Origin: Nemertoderma westbladi
Lineage: Eukaryota; Animalia; Xenacoelomorpha
Direction: 5' to 3'
Assembly (NCBI GenBank): GCA_032718475.1
Contig: JAUCBJ010006736.1
Location: forward strand, 1 to 64,000
DNA length: 64,000 nucleotides
Shown: positions 25,530-36,079 of the stretch, one piece after another
Layout of the letters: the number at the start of each line of letters is the position of its first letter
Numbering within the stretch: position 1 is the stretch's first letter
The notes under the pieces: model-generated
The model's input: only the letters and a program-made list of their open reading frames with translations
Told to the model about the DNA's origin: nothing
Database searches by the model: none
Position numbers and translations under genes: made by a program

Positions 25530-28500
25530 TCAATCACTTTCGGTTTCGCTCTCATCATCGTAATATTTGGTAATACATTCTTTCGCACGAATCGCACTTT
25601 CACGTTTACTTACTATAGGTTTACTTTCAGTTTCATTTACTTGTATTTCTGTCGATATTGAACGAGGAATGATATCTTTGATATCCTTCATCTTACACTC
25701 TAAAGGATAGAGTCTCTTAATGGGACGTTTCGAATAACCTGCACCAGTTTTCACAGTGACGCATCTGATGTTGCCATCAATCCCAGGGTGAATTGCGGTT
25801 ATAAGTCCAAGAGGCCATTGCATACGTGGTACGTTGCCTTTAATTGGCTTAACGATAACAACCTCTCCAATGTTAGGGATAACCAGATTCTTAGTTGTAG
25901 ACCAACGATGATATTCGCGCAAACTTGTAAGATATTCCATTCTCCATCGATTGGCAAATGAACTTAATATTGTTTGTAACCATTCTTGTCGTCGTGTTAA
26001 ACCATCACCATTCTCCAAATAAGTTTCATCATCTTTCATTTCATCTATCGATTCATTGGTAATTTGACTCAAAGTGGTTACTCTATATCCACAAATAAGT
26101 TGAGATGGACTTATTGGAATAGTATCGTCTGCTCCGGAATGTACATAGGTCAATGGACGGTCATTAATTAAAGCTTCAATTTCTGTTAACACGGTTTGCA
26201 ATTCATCACGAGTTATAAGATTACAACCAAGAACTTTCTTTAAAGTTGTCTTTGTAATCCCAATGAGTCTTTCCCAAAATCCACCAAACCAGGGGGCGCC
26301 AACTGGGATGAATTGCCAGTCAATTTTCATTCTTAAGAGGAACGATTTAATCCTATTATGGCCATGAAGTTCCGCTAAGATATTGCTAGACGCTACGAAA
26401 GTGGAAGAATTATCGCTTATCATTCGTTTCGGGGTGCCACGACGGCTTATGAATCTACGAAATGCAAACAGAAAACTCTCTGCTGAATTATCGTTTACTA
26501 GTTCTAAGTGTACTGCACGAGTTGCAGGGCACGTAAATAATGCAATGTAGACCTTATATTTTTCATCAGTATCGCGGACGAATAGGTGGCCGGTATAATC
26601 AACTCCACAAATTGTAAATGGACGTGATGTTTCTAAACGATACTTAGGAAGAGGAGGAAGGATTGGAGGTATATAGGGGCTTCCTTGTACCTTCCTGCAT
26701 GGTACACAATGGCGAATAACTGATCCAACACGTTGTCGGATACGTGGTATCCAATACCGTTGTCTTATATCAACAATAGTTTCTGCAATACCTGCGTGTA
26801 ATCTGGAATGTGAATCGGAAATAATAAGTTCGGTTAGGAAATGTTTCGATGGAAGTAAAATCGGTAGTTTACACTCCCAAGGCAATGAGGAATATGTTAT
26901 ACGTCCACTGCAACGTATAATAGTATTTACTAAACAGAGATTAAGTTGTCTGACTAAGTGCGGTATTGGTCCTCTCTTGGTCTCGAGATATGAATACTCC
27001 TTTGAGTATGTTTCTCGCTGAGCATTTCGAATTAATTTCAATTCAGTGCTTACGATATCGCTTACTTGTAACGAAGGTATATCTTTCGGAAAATTAATTG
27101 GAAATTTATCAGATGGTTTTTCGCCACTCTTACTACGCCTTTTAATAGAAGATTTCACCTTTCGGATAAACTTTAACACATAAGAAAGAATATTTACATA
27201 AGAACGATAGTTATTCTTAACTAGTAGGGCTTGGAAATTTATAGTCTCATCACCAAGGCTTGTTGTCACAGTTGTAATCAAGGTTGCATCACGCATTGAC
27301 TCTTCAGCACAATAACATTTGGAATTACTAATGACGGATTGGTCAGGCCAGGAATCATGGTTTGTTAACCAATCAGGTCCCTTTCTCCATAAAGTTGAGT
27401 TCAGCAGTATTTTCGCTGAGACTCCACGAGACAGAAGATCGCTAGGATTGTCATCCGTAGGTAAATGATAAAAATTTCCATTGGGAAGCAGTTTATTTAC
27501 TGCATTCACTCGACTGCGCACATATTGACTATTTATATCTACTTTATTTAGCCACGTTAGAGCGATAGTACTATCTGACCACAAACACAGTTTATTTACA
27601 ATGACATTATTTGCATAAGAATTTTTGCAGTATAACATCAATCTGGCACCTACAGTTATCGCTGTAAGTTCAAGTTGGGGCAATGTCGGTGACCTTTTAC
27701 TCACAATTTTCAAATTGTTAGCTTTATTTTCTTTACAATTTACAGGGGTAACTTTTGCTTTAGCCATTATTATATTTGAATCCGTACTGGATACACAATA
27801 AACAACAGCCCCATAGGCTGTAAGTGATGCGTCACAAAAAACGTGTAGATCACAATTATCTCCTACAGGTAAATAACGTTGCACAGTATAGCTCAGGGAT
27901 AAATTAATATCGTTAACAATTTTACTCCACTTTGTACACAAATTGTCAGGTAATTTATCATCCCATGCATAATTTTGTTTCCATAACGATTGAATAAAAA
28001 TTCTACTAGATATAGTCACTGGGATGATAAAACCGCATGGGTCATACACCGTAGACGAATCGCTAAGTACAGTACGTTTAGTTATATTAGAATTATCGAT
28101 AGTTATAACACGATTAGGATACTGTAAAATATCTAAATCAATATTCCAAGATAAACCAAAAATACTCGTAATATTATCTGGTTTTTTAGGTCCAAGTTTG
28201 TCACCAGAGATAATTTCTTGTAATTCGATACAATTAGACTGCCATTCCCTCAAAGGAAAACCACCACTTTCAATAATTTTGCGACTATTATGATACATAT
28301 CAATAATTTCGCTAACTGAGTTACTGCCACACATTAAATTGTCAACGTAAAGGTTACGTAATAAAATAGGCACATATTCTGCTAAATCAGTTTCTGAAAA
28401 ACTTTCTATGTGATGACGTAATGTAGCGTTTAGTAAAAATGAACTAGAAGTAGCACCGAAAAGAACAACTTTGAAACGATATATTTGTGATGCACTATTA

Positions 28501-31094
28501 ATATCAGTTGGGTTTTTAAACCATAAAAATCGGAGTGCATCCCTATCAATAGTATGGAGTCTAATTTGCAAAAAAGCTTTTTCTATATCGGACAGTGCTA
28601 CAAATTTATATAAACGAAAACGCAATAATAAATTTCCCATTTCATGGTTAAGGTTTGGACCTGAATGTAAACAATCATTAAGGCTAGGGCTATTTCTACT
28701 ACCTCTAGCCGAACAATCAAAAACTACACGAATGGGTGTCGTCGAAGACTGCGGTTTAGCAACCGAATGATGTGCTAAATAGTGCACAATATGTTCAGGG
28801 GGTTGATCGGGTTCAACTGTTTCAATAAACCCTCGGCTTAATTGGTCTCCGATGATTTGCCCGTAGTTAAGTAATAGGTTGGGTTTGTCTGATAAGCGTG
28901 ACAGGAGACTATCCAACCGCCGTTTAGCGAGATTATAATTAGTTGGAAGCGTGGGATGTTCGCGTTTCCATGGTAACCTTGTATGGTATTTGCCGTTTTC
29001 GAATTTGATACCATTCTGGAACTCCTGAAGAATAGCATCCTCCGAGTCATCTATATTCTCGTATTGGATTCCAATTGAATCCAATGACCATAGTTTCTTA
29101 ATTAAATCGTCGACGCTGTCTTCGTATGCTCCGTCATTGGAGCCGATTAATAACGTGGAAATGGCGTTGTAATTATCTGAATCCCCGTTAGGTTCAATTT
29201 TACCGGCCAACAGATTACCAAATAAGGAAGGAATAATATACAGTCCGCCAATCGTTTCACCAATTGGAATAAAGTTAAAGCATTGGTCTGACCCGATTAG
29301 TAGTGAGAAATCATTATTGGAATCGCTGCTAGTATCCGCCAGCTTAACGCCACGTTCTAGTAATTTATTGACAATATGAGTTCGTTGAGGCATGTATATG
29401 TGGACTGAGAACTCGTCTACGACAGCGGCATGTAGACGTTTCAATCCAATTTCTGTCGATACAACGAATTCTACGATATCGTAATCCTTATAGATACCAA
29501 GTTTGTTAATTCCATCCAACCTCATGTTTATGTGACCACATACAGTTAATTGTAGGTCATTGGCAACTTTACGAGTAAGTAATGTACGCTGTGAACCGGG
29601 GTCCATTAACGCTCGAACTTCGTAAGCTCGATTATCACCGTAGATAATCGGTACGATAGCAGTGGGAAGGACTGTACTGCCACCGAATTGAGGACTCGTA
29701 GTGGTCATCAATGTAGCTCCGCTAATATCAACGTTGCAGTTTGCAGAGGATTGATCCAATATAGTTGCGACTGTAGAATCGGATGGGTTAGGGTTATTCG
29801 TAGTTTTATGAAAATGTAATGCCGTGTGATGACGGCGATTGCACGATCGACATCGTTCGGAACTCCGACATTGTAAGGCTGTATGCTTTGGTCGGAGACA
29901 ATTTGTACACAAACCCAATTCGTGAGAACGTTGGTTCCGACTTTCACCCGTAATATATTTATCGCAATTAATAACGGGATGTTTACCTTTACATAAATAA
30001 CAATTCCACCTGGAAACGTTTCCCCCAGTGGCGAATGAACCAACAGTTCCTTCGGGTTTGGTTATACCATAATCACTAGATTGATTATCATTAAACGATT
30101 TAAAATGTTTACTTTTGTCATTCGATTTCGATCCATTCTGTCCCGATTTTAATGTGGGTAGTTTGGCCTCCTTCTCGAGTGCTTTCAACTGTTCGATTTC
30201 TTCTTGTAACGCTACCCGTAGTTCCGGAAGATTCCATGTAGTTACCTTAGATGCGCGATTAATGTTACTACGAACTATGGCTGGTAGTTTTCTGAGGATT
30301 ATTGCTGCGTATACATAACCAGAATGTTCGATATCGTTATTCAAATTCTGAATACCTCTTATATGAGCCTCGTATTTTGCTCGAAATGAGGATAAATCGG
30401 TCGATGTTGCAGCGGGTTTCTCCAAATCAAAGATTGCATGCATACGTGCCTGCAGAATCAGATGCGGTTTACCATATGTTTCCTTTAGCAACACAATCGC
30501 TTCCTCGTAATCCTCATCGGTTAGTTGAAATTCCGAAATTAATTGCAAGGCTTCTCCCTTCAGTTGGCCCTTTAAATAATCGAATTTATTTCCTCCGGAT
30601 AAATCGGGTCGGTTGTGGACTGAATTCTGAAAACGGTCCCAAAAGTTGGGCCATTCTAACGCGGTGCCATCAAACAATGGAAGTTTTAGTTGTGGAAGTT
30701 TCTGGTGGAACTCCATACCGTTGCGAAGATTGGCTGAAAAACCCGTTGTATTTGCAGCCGACGTGTTGGAATTGACGTTGGATGAGGAGACGTGCATTCG
30801 ACTTTCCACACGTTGTAGGATGTCGCAAATGTCTCCCATAAAATCCGAGGCTACGGCTAGCTCGCGTTCCAAATCCGATTCGGTATCGGTATCGATTAGA
30901 AGTTCTATTTCCTCGTCAAGTTTCCCTAATTTATCACGTTGTGCACATAATTGCATATACCTTTTGGATAGGCCTACCGCTACCGGTACCTGAGCATCAG
31001 GTCTGATAAGCTCCTCGATTTCGTTAATCAGTCGCCTCGCCAAGCCACGGTGGCCTTTTCGGCGTTGATGTAGCGATTCCCACGTATCCGACAT
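25530..31094 (-). CDS. BEL/Pao Gag-Pol polyprotein (1854 aa): Gag (DUF1759-like), three Cys/His knuckles, aspartic protease, RT, RNase H (Peptidase_A17 region), integrase, C-terminal DUF5641-like region
   Basis: KLPQLKLPLFDG..WPNFWDRF; CYLCKGKH..C, CTNCLRPKH..C, CRSCNRRHHTALH; ALMDPGSQRT; SDIEKAFLQI, LYVDNL; HVFCDAS; H..H..CVPC, GVDY, SDN, GGFWERL; domain order PR-RT-RH-IN. Confidence 0.97.
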   Translation of the reverse strand: MSDTWESLHQRRKGHRGLARRLINEIEELIRPDAQVPVAVGLSKRYMQLCAQRDKLGKLDEEIELLIDTDTESDLERELAVASDFMGDICDILQRVESRMHVSSSNVNSNTSAANTTGFSANLRNGMEFHQKLPQLKLPLFDGTALEWPNFWDRFQNSVHNRPDLSGGNKFDYLKGQLKGEALQLISEFQLTDEDYEEAIVLLKETYGKPHLILQARMHAIFDLEKPAATSTDLSSFRAKYEAHIRGIQNLNNDIEHSGYVYAAIILRKLPAIVRSNINRASKVTTWNLPELRVALQEEIEQLKALEKEAKLPTLKSGQNGSKSNDKSKHFKSFNDNQSSDYGITKPEGTVGSFATGGNVSRWNCYLCKGKHPVINCDKYITGESRNQRSHELGLCTNCLRPKHTALQCRSSERCRSCNRRHHTALHFHKTTNNPNPSDSTVATILDQSSANCNVDISGATLMTTTSPQFGGSTVLPTAIVPIIYGDNRAYEVRALMDPGSQRTLLTRKVANDLQLTVCGHINMRLDGINKLGIYKDYDIVEFVVSTEIGLKRLHAAVVDEFSVHIYMPQRTHIVNKLLERGVKLADTSSDSNNDFSLLIGSDQCFNFIPIGETIGGLYIIPSLFGNLLAGKIEPNGDSDNYNAISTLLIGSNDGAYEDSVDDLIKKLWSLDSIGIQYENIDDSEDAILQEFQNGIKFENGKYHTRLPWKREHPTLPTNYNLAKRRLDSLLSRLSDKPNLLLNYGQIIGDQLSRGFIETVEPDQPPEHIVHYLAHHSVAKPQSSTTPIRVVFDCSARGSRNSPSLNDCLHSGPNLNHEMGNLLLRFRLYKFVALSDIEKAFLQIRLHTIDRDALRFLWFKNPTDINSASQIYRFKVVLFGATSSSFLLNATLRHHIESFSETDLAEYVPILLRNLYVDNLMCGSNSVSEIIDMYHNSRKIIESGGFPLREWQSNCIELQEIISGDKLGPKKPDNITSIFGLSWNIDLDILQYPNRVITIDNSNITKRTVLSDSSTVYDPCGFIIPVTISSRIFIQSLWKQNYAWDDKLPDNLCTKWSKIVNDINLSLSYTVQRYLPVGDNCDLHVFCDASLTAYGAVVYCVSSTDSNIIMAKAKVTPVNCKENKANNLKIVSKRSPTLPQLELTAITVGARLMLYCKNSYANNVIVNKLCLWSDSTIALTWLNKVDINSQYVRSRVNAVNKLLPNGNFYHLPTDDNPSDLLSRGVSAKILLNSTLWRKGPDWLTNHDSWPDQSVISNSKCYCAEESMRDATLITTVTTSLGDETINFQALLVKNNYRSYVNILSYVLKFIRKVKSSIKRRSKSGEKPSDKFPINFPKDIPSLQVSDIVSTELKLIRNAQRETYSKEYSYLETKRGPIPHLVRQLNLCLVNTIIRCSGRITYSSLPWECKLPILLPSKHFLTELIISDSHSRLHAGIAETIVDIRQRYWIPRIRQRVGSVIRHCVPCRKVQGSPYIPPILPPLPKYRLETSRPFTICGVDYTGHLFVRDTDEKYKVYIALFTCPATRAVHLELVNDNSAESFLFAFRRFISRRGTPKRMISDNSSTFVASSNILAELHGHNRIKSFLLRMKIDWQFIPVGAPWFGGFWERLIGITKTTLKKVLGCNLITRDELQTVLTEIEALINDRPLTYVHSGADDTIPISPSQLICGYRVTTLSQITNESIDEMKDDETYLENGDGLTRRQEWLQTILSSFANRWRMEYLTSLREYHRWSTTKNLVIPNIGEVVIVKPIKGNVPRMQWPLGLITAIHPGIDGNIRCVTVKTGAGYSKRPIKRLYPLECKMKDIKDIIPRSISTEIQVNETESKPIVSKRESAIRAKECITKYYDDESETESD

Positions 31095-31115
31095 CGAATT
31101 AGTGACGCTTTCACT

Positions 31116-31133
31116 ATCCGGGTCCAGGCACCA
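31116..31133 (-). promoter_or_regulatory. Primer-binding site (TGGTGCCTGGACCCGGAT), complementary to a tRNA 3' end, tentatively tRNA-His-like
   Basis: Begins with TGG 3 nt inside the 5' LTR; resembles the complement of metazoan tRNA-His 3' ends (recalled from memory, a few mismatches). Confidence 0.7.
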
Positions 31134-31136
31134 AAA

Positions 31137-31475
31137 TGTCGAGAAATGGGGGCGTTTACGGTAGTGTCTTGAGGAATGTTAATCCCATGGTTTGCGTTGT
31201 GTTTCGTTGGGAAAAGAAATGTTAATTCTCTTCATAGTCATATAAAACGTACATTTAAAATAGTAAGAGGTAGTAATTAACATTGAAGAAGTGCACAGCA
31301 CACATGCAGATTGACTGACATTGTCAACTGAACGGCAGAAAAAGGCCTATACATACAGCAGAAGAGGTACCGGAACTTCCGGTGCACAATTACGGTAGCA
31401 ACTACAGACTAACTGAATAAGTAGGGTATACTTATACACAATTAAAGTTATACATACAGTATAAATTTTACGACA
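31137..31475 (-). repeat. 5' LTR of BEL/Pao element
   Basis: Adjacent to PBS and gag ATG (31094); followed by TSD ACTGG. Confidence 0.95.
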
Positions 31476-31637
31476 ACTGGATGTCGTCCCGGGTATTCGC
31501 GCAAGAACAATAGATGTACAGATACGCTTATAAGCGTATCTGGTATCGTATGGGGTCGGTTGCCTACGAATTGATGTATTGACGTTTGTTCGATTGTAGT
31601 GGTATTCAATAAACATCAGGTCGATGGTGCTGACAGT

Positions 31638-31812
31638 GATTGGTGAGGTCAGAACTAAGGTTACCTCTATACAGACGACAGTTGAAGACTTCCGGATTGG
31701 TGAGGTCAGAACTAAGGTTACCTCTATACAGACGACAGTTGAAGACTTCCGGATTGGTGAGGTCAGAACCAAGGTCACCTCTATAGAGACGACAGTTGAA
31801 GACTTCCGGATG
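31638..31812. repeat. 57-bp tandem repeat x3 (also at +1795 and +3590)
   Basis: gattggtgaggtcagaactaaggttacctctatacagacgacagttgaagacttccg repeated three times. Confidence 0.85.
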
Positions 31813-32619
31813 GGTGGCCCCCGAGCTTGAGCTATTGCTAGTTGACTAAATGTATAGTATTAGATAATTGGAAGGGTAAAAGGTCTTCTTTCCACCCATC
31901 CAATTATCCAATTCTTAATGGCATCTTTCCGGGAGGCATGTCGTCTTACGTAAATATATAGTAGCAGTGTTTATTGAAGGCAACAAAATTATTTCCCACT
32001 AACATTTGTCCACATTAGTCTAAATTTCATCACTTTCTACTAAATTTATTCACTCTCCACTAAATTTATTCACTTTCTACTAAATTTATTCACTTTCCAC
32101 TAAATTTATTCACTTTCCACTAAATTTATTCACTTTCCACTAAATTTATTCACTTTCCACAAAATTTATTCACTTTCCACTAAATTTATTTACTTTCCAC
32201 TAAATTTATTCACTTTCCACTAAATTTATTGTTATTATTATTATGACACAGCCATATTAATTACTTTTTTTTAATTTTGTGTAATTTTTAGTTTGACTTG
32301 GGAAAAATTTATACAATAGATAAATTTATTTCAGTGATCTTTAGTCGTTTCTAGTTTGATAAAACTAGAGAAGAAGCCCCTCCCACCTGGCCACCTTCCA
32401 CTTTTTTCTAATATTCGTCCGAATTAGTTAATAATTTTAAATTTTTCGGATAAGTTTTCATTATTGTTCGTTGATAAGATTGTCTCACTTTACACAAAAT
32501 TTATTCACTTTCCACTAAATTTATTCACATTCCACTAAATGTATTCACTTTCCACTAAATGTATTCACTTTCCACTAATTTATTCCCTTTACACTAAATT
32601 TATTCGCTTTCTACTAAAT

Positions 32620-32889
32620 TTATTCACTTTCCATAAAATCCGAGGCTACGGCTAGCTCGCGTTCCAAATCCGATTCGGTATCGGTATCGATTAGAAGTTC
32701 TATTTCCTCGTCAAGTTTCCCTAATTTATCACGTTGTGCACATAATTGCATATACCTTTTGGATAGGCCTACCGCTACCGGTACCTGAGCATCAGGTCTG
32801 ATAAGCTCCTCGATTTCGTTAATCAGTCGCCTCGCCAAGCCACGGTGGCCTTTTCGGCGTTGATGTAGCGATTCCCACGTATCCGACAT
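32620..32889 (-). pseudogene. Truncated BEL gag N-terminus (89 aa), duplicated copy downstream of extra LTR 32932-33270
   Basis: Identical to the first 86 aa of the polyprotein, then ESE* supplied by the minisatellite. Confidence 0.9.
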
Positions 32890-34414
32890 CGAATTAGTGA
32901 CGCTTTCACTATCCGGGTCCAGGCACCAAAATGTCGAGAAATGGGGGCGTTTACGGTAGTGTCTTGAGGAATGTTAATCCCATGGTTTGCGTTGTGTTTC
33001 GTTGGGAAAAGAAATGTTAATTCTCTTCATAGTCATATAAAACGTACATTTAAAATAGTAAGAGGTAGTAATTAACATTGAAGAAGTGCACAGCACACAT
33101 GCAGATTGACTGACATTGTCAACTGAACGGCAGAAAAAGGCCTATACATACAGCAGAAGAGGTACCGGAACTTCCGGTGCACAATTACGGTAGCAACTAC
33201 AGACTAACTGAATAAGTAGGGTATACTTATACACAATTAAAGTTATACATACAGTATAAATTTTACGACAACTGGATGTCGTCCCGGGTATTCGCGCAAG
33301 AACAATAGATGTACAGATACGCTTATAAGCGTATCTGGTATCGTATGGGGTCGGTTGCCTACGAATTGATGTATTGACGTTTGTTCGATTGTAGTGGTAT
33401 TCAATAAACATCAGGTCGATGGTGCTGACAGTGATTGGTGAGGTCAGAACTAAGGTTACCTCTATACAGACGACAGTTGAAGACTTCCGGATTGGTGAGG
33501 TCAGAACTAAGGTTACCTCTATACAGACGACAGTTGAAGACTTCCGGATTGGTGAGGTCAGAACCAAGGTCACCTCTATAGAGACGACAGTTGAAGACTT
33601 CCGGATGGGTGGCCCCCGAGCTTGAGCTATTGCTAGTTGACTAAATGTATAGTATTAGATAATTGGAAGGGTAAAAGGTCTTCTTTCCACCCATCCAATT
33701 ATCCAATTCTTAATGGCATCTTTCCGGGAGGCATGTCGTCTTACGTAAATATATAGTAGCAGTGTTTATTGAAGGCAACAAAATTATTTCCCACTAACAT
33801 TTGTCCACATTAGTCTAAATTTCATCACTTTCTACTAAATTTATTCACTCTCCACTAAATTTATTCACTTTCTACTAAATTTATTCACTTTCCACTAAAT
33901 TTATTCACTTTCCACTAAATTTATTCACTTTCCACTAAATTTATTCACTTTCCACAAAATTTATTCACTTTCCACTAAATTTATTTACTTTCCACTAAAT
34001 TTATTCACTTTCCACTAAATTTATTGTTATTATTATTATGACACAGCCATATTAATTACTTTTTTTTAATTTTGTGTAATTTTTAGTTTGACTTGGGAAA
34101 AATTTATACAATAGATAAATTTATTTCAGTGATCTTTAGTCGTTTCTAGTTTGATAAAACTAGAGAAGAAGCCCCTCCCACCTGGCCACCTTCCACTTTT
34201 TTCTAATATTCGTCCGAATTAGTTAATAATTTTAAATTTTTCGGATAAGTTTTCATTATTGTTCGTTGATAAGATTGTCTCACTTTACACAAAATTTATT
34301 CACTTTCCACTAAATTTATTCACATTCCACTAAATGTATTCACTTTCCACTAAATGTATTCACTTTCCACTAATTTATTCCCTTTACACTAAATTTATTC
34401 GCTTTCTACTAAAT

Positions 34415-34684
34415 TTATTCACTTTCCATAAAATCCGAGGCTACGGCTAGCTCGCGTTCCAAATCCGATTCGGTATCGGTATCGATTAGAAGTTCTATTT
34501 CCTCGTCAAGTTTCCCTAATTTATCACGTTGTGCACATAATTGCATATACCTTTTGGATAGGCCTACCGCTACCGGTACCTGAGCATCAGGTCTGATAAG
34601 CTCCTCGATTTCGTTAATCAGTCGCCTCGCCAAGCCACGGTGGCCTTTTCGGCGTTGATGTAGCGATTCCCACGTATCCGACAT
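34415..34684 (-). pseudogene. Truncated BEL gag N-terminus (89 aa), duplicated copy downstream of extra LTR 34727-35065
   Basis: Same as 32620-32889, offset by 1795. Confidence 0.9.
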
Positions 34685-36079
34685 CGAATTAGTGACGCTT
34701 TCACTATCCGGGTCCAGGCACCAAAATGTCGAGAAATGGGGGCGTTTACGGTAGTGTCTTGAGGAATGTTAATCCCATGGTTTGCGTTGTGTTTCGTTGG
34801 GAAAAGAAATGTTAATTCTCTTCATAGTCATATAAAACGTACATTTAAAATAGTAAGAGGTAGTAATTAACATTGAAGAAGTGCACAGCACACATGCAGA
34901 TTGACTGACATTGTCAACTGAACGGCAGAAAAAGGCCTATACATACAGCAGAAGAGGTACCGGAACTTCCGGTGCACAATTACGGTAGCAACTACAGACT
35001 AACTGAATAAGTAGGGTATACTTATACACAATTAAAGTTATACATACAGTATAAATTTTACGACAACTGGATGTCGTCCCGGGTATTCGCGCAAGAACAA
35101 TAGATGTACAGATACGCTTATAAGCGTATCTGGTATCGTATGGGGTCGGTTGCCTACGAATTGATGTATTGACGTTTGTTCGATTGTAGTGGTATTCAAT
35201 AAACATCAGGTCGATGGTGCTGACAGTGATTGGTGAGGTCAGAACTAAGGTTACCTCTATACAGACGACAGTTGAAGACTTCCGGATTGGTGAGGTCAGA
35301 ACTAAGGTTACCTCTATACAGACGACAGTTGAAGACTTCCGGATTGGTGAGGTCAGAACCAAGGTCACCTCTATAGAGACGACAGTTGAAGACTTCCGGA
35401 TGGGTGGCCCCCGAGCTTGAGCTATTGCTAGTTGACTAAATGTATAGTATTAGATAATTGGAAGGGTAAAAGGTCTTCTTTCCACCCATCCAATTATCCA
35501 ATTCTTAATGGCATCTTTCCGGGAGGCATGTCGTCTTACGTAAATATATAGTAGCAGTGTTTATTGAAGGCAACAAAATTATTTCCCACTAACATTTGTC
35601 CACATTAGTCTAAATTTCATCACTTTCTACTAAATTTATTCACTCTCCACTAAATTTATTCACTTTCTACTAAATTTATTCACTTTCCACTAAATTTATT
35701 CACTTTCCACTAAATTTATTCACTTTCCACTAAATTTATTCACTTTCCACAAAATTTATTCACTTTCCACTAAATTTATTTACTTTCCACTAAATTTATT
35801 CACTTTCCACTAAATTTATTGTTATTATTATTATGACACAGCCATATTAATTACTTTTTTTTAATTTTGTGTAATTTTTAGTTTGACTTGGGAAAAATTT
35901 ATACAATAGATAAATTTATTTCAGTGATCTTTAGTCGTTTCTAGTTTGATAAAACTAGAGAAGAAGCCCCTCCCACCTGGCCACCTTCCACTTTTTTCTA
36001 ATATTCGTCCGAATTAGTTAATAATTTTAAATTTTTCGGATAAGTTTTCATTATTGTTCGTTGATAAGATTGTCTCACT

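Larger units (their letters stand above)
24979..31475 (-). mobile_element. Full-length BEL/Pao LTR retrotransposon, very recent insertion
   Basis: 339-bp LTRs (24979-25317, 31137-31475) with TGTCG...CGACA ends, differing at one position seen by eye; 5-bp TSD ACTGG (24974-24978, 31476-31480); PBS and purine-rich PPT present; single intact ORF. Confidence 0.97.

Noticed and set aside
28024-30993. Short + strand and alternate-frame ORFs inside the BEL element
   Set aside because: Shadow ORFs of the polyprotein
31347-35420. 143-aa and 68-aa ORFs repeated three times
   Set aside because: Arise from a 57-bp tandem repeat running into the LTR; repetition only reflects the 1795-bp triplication
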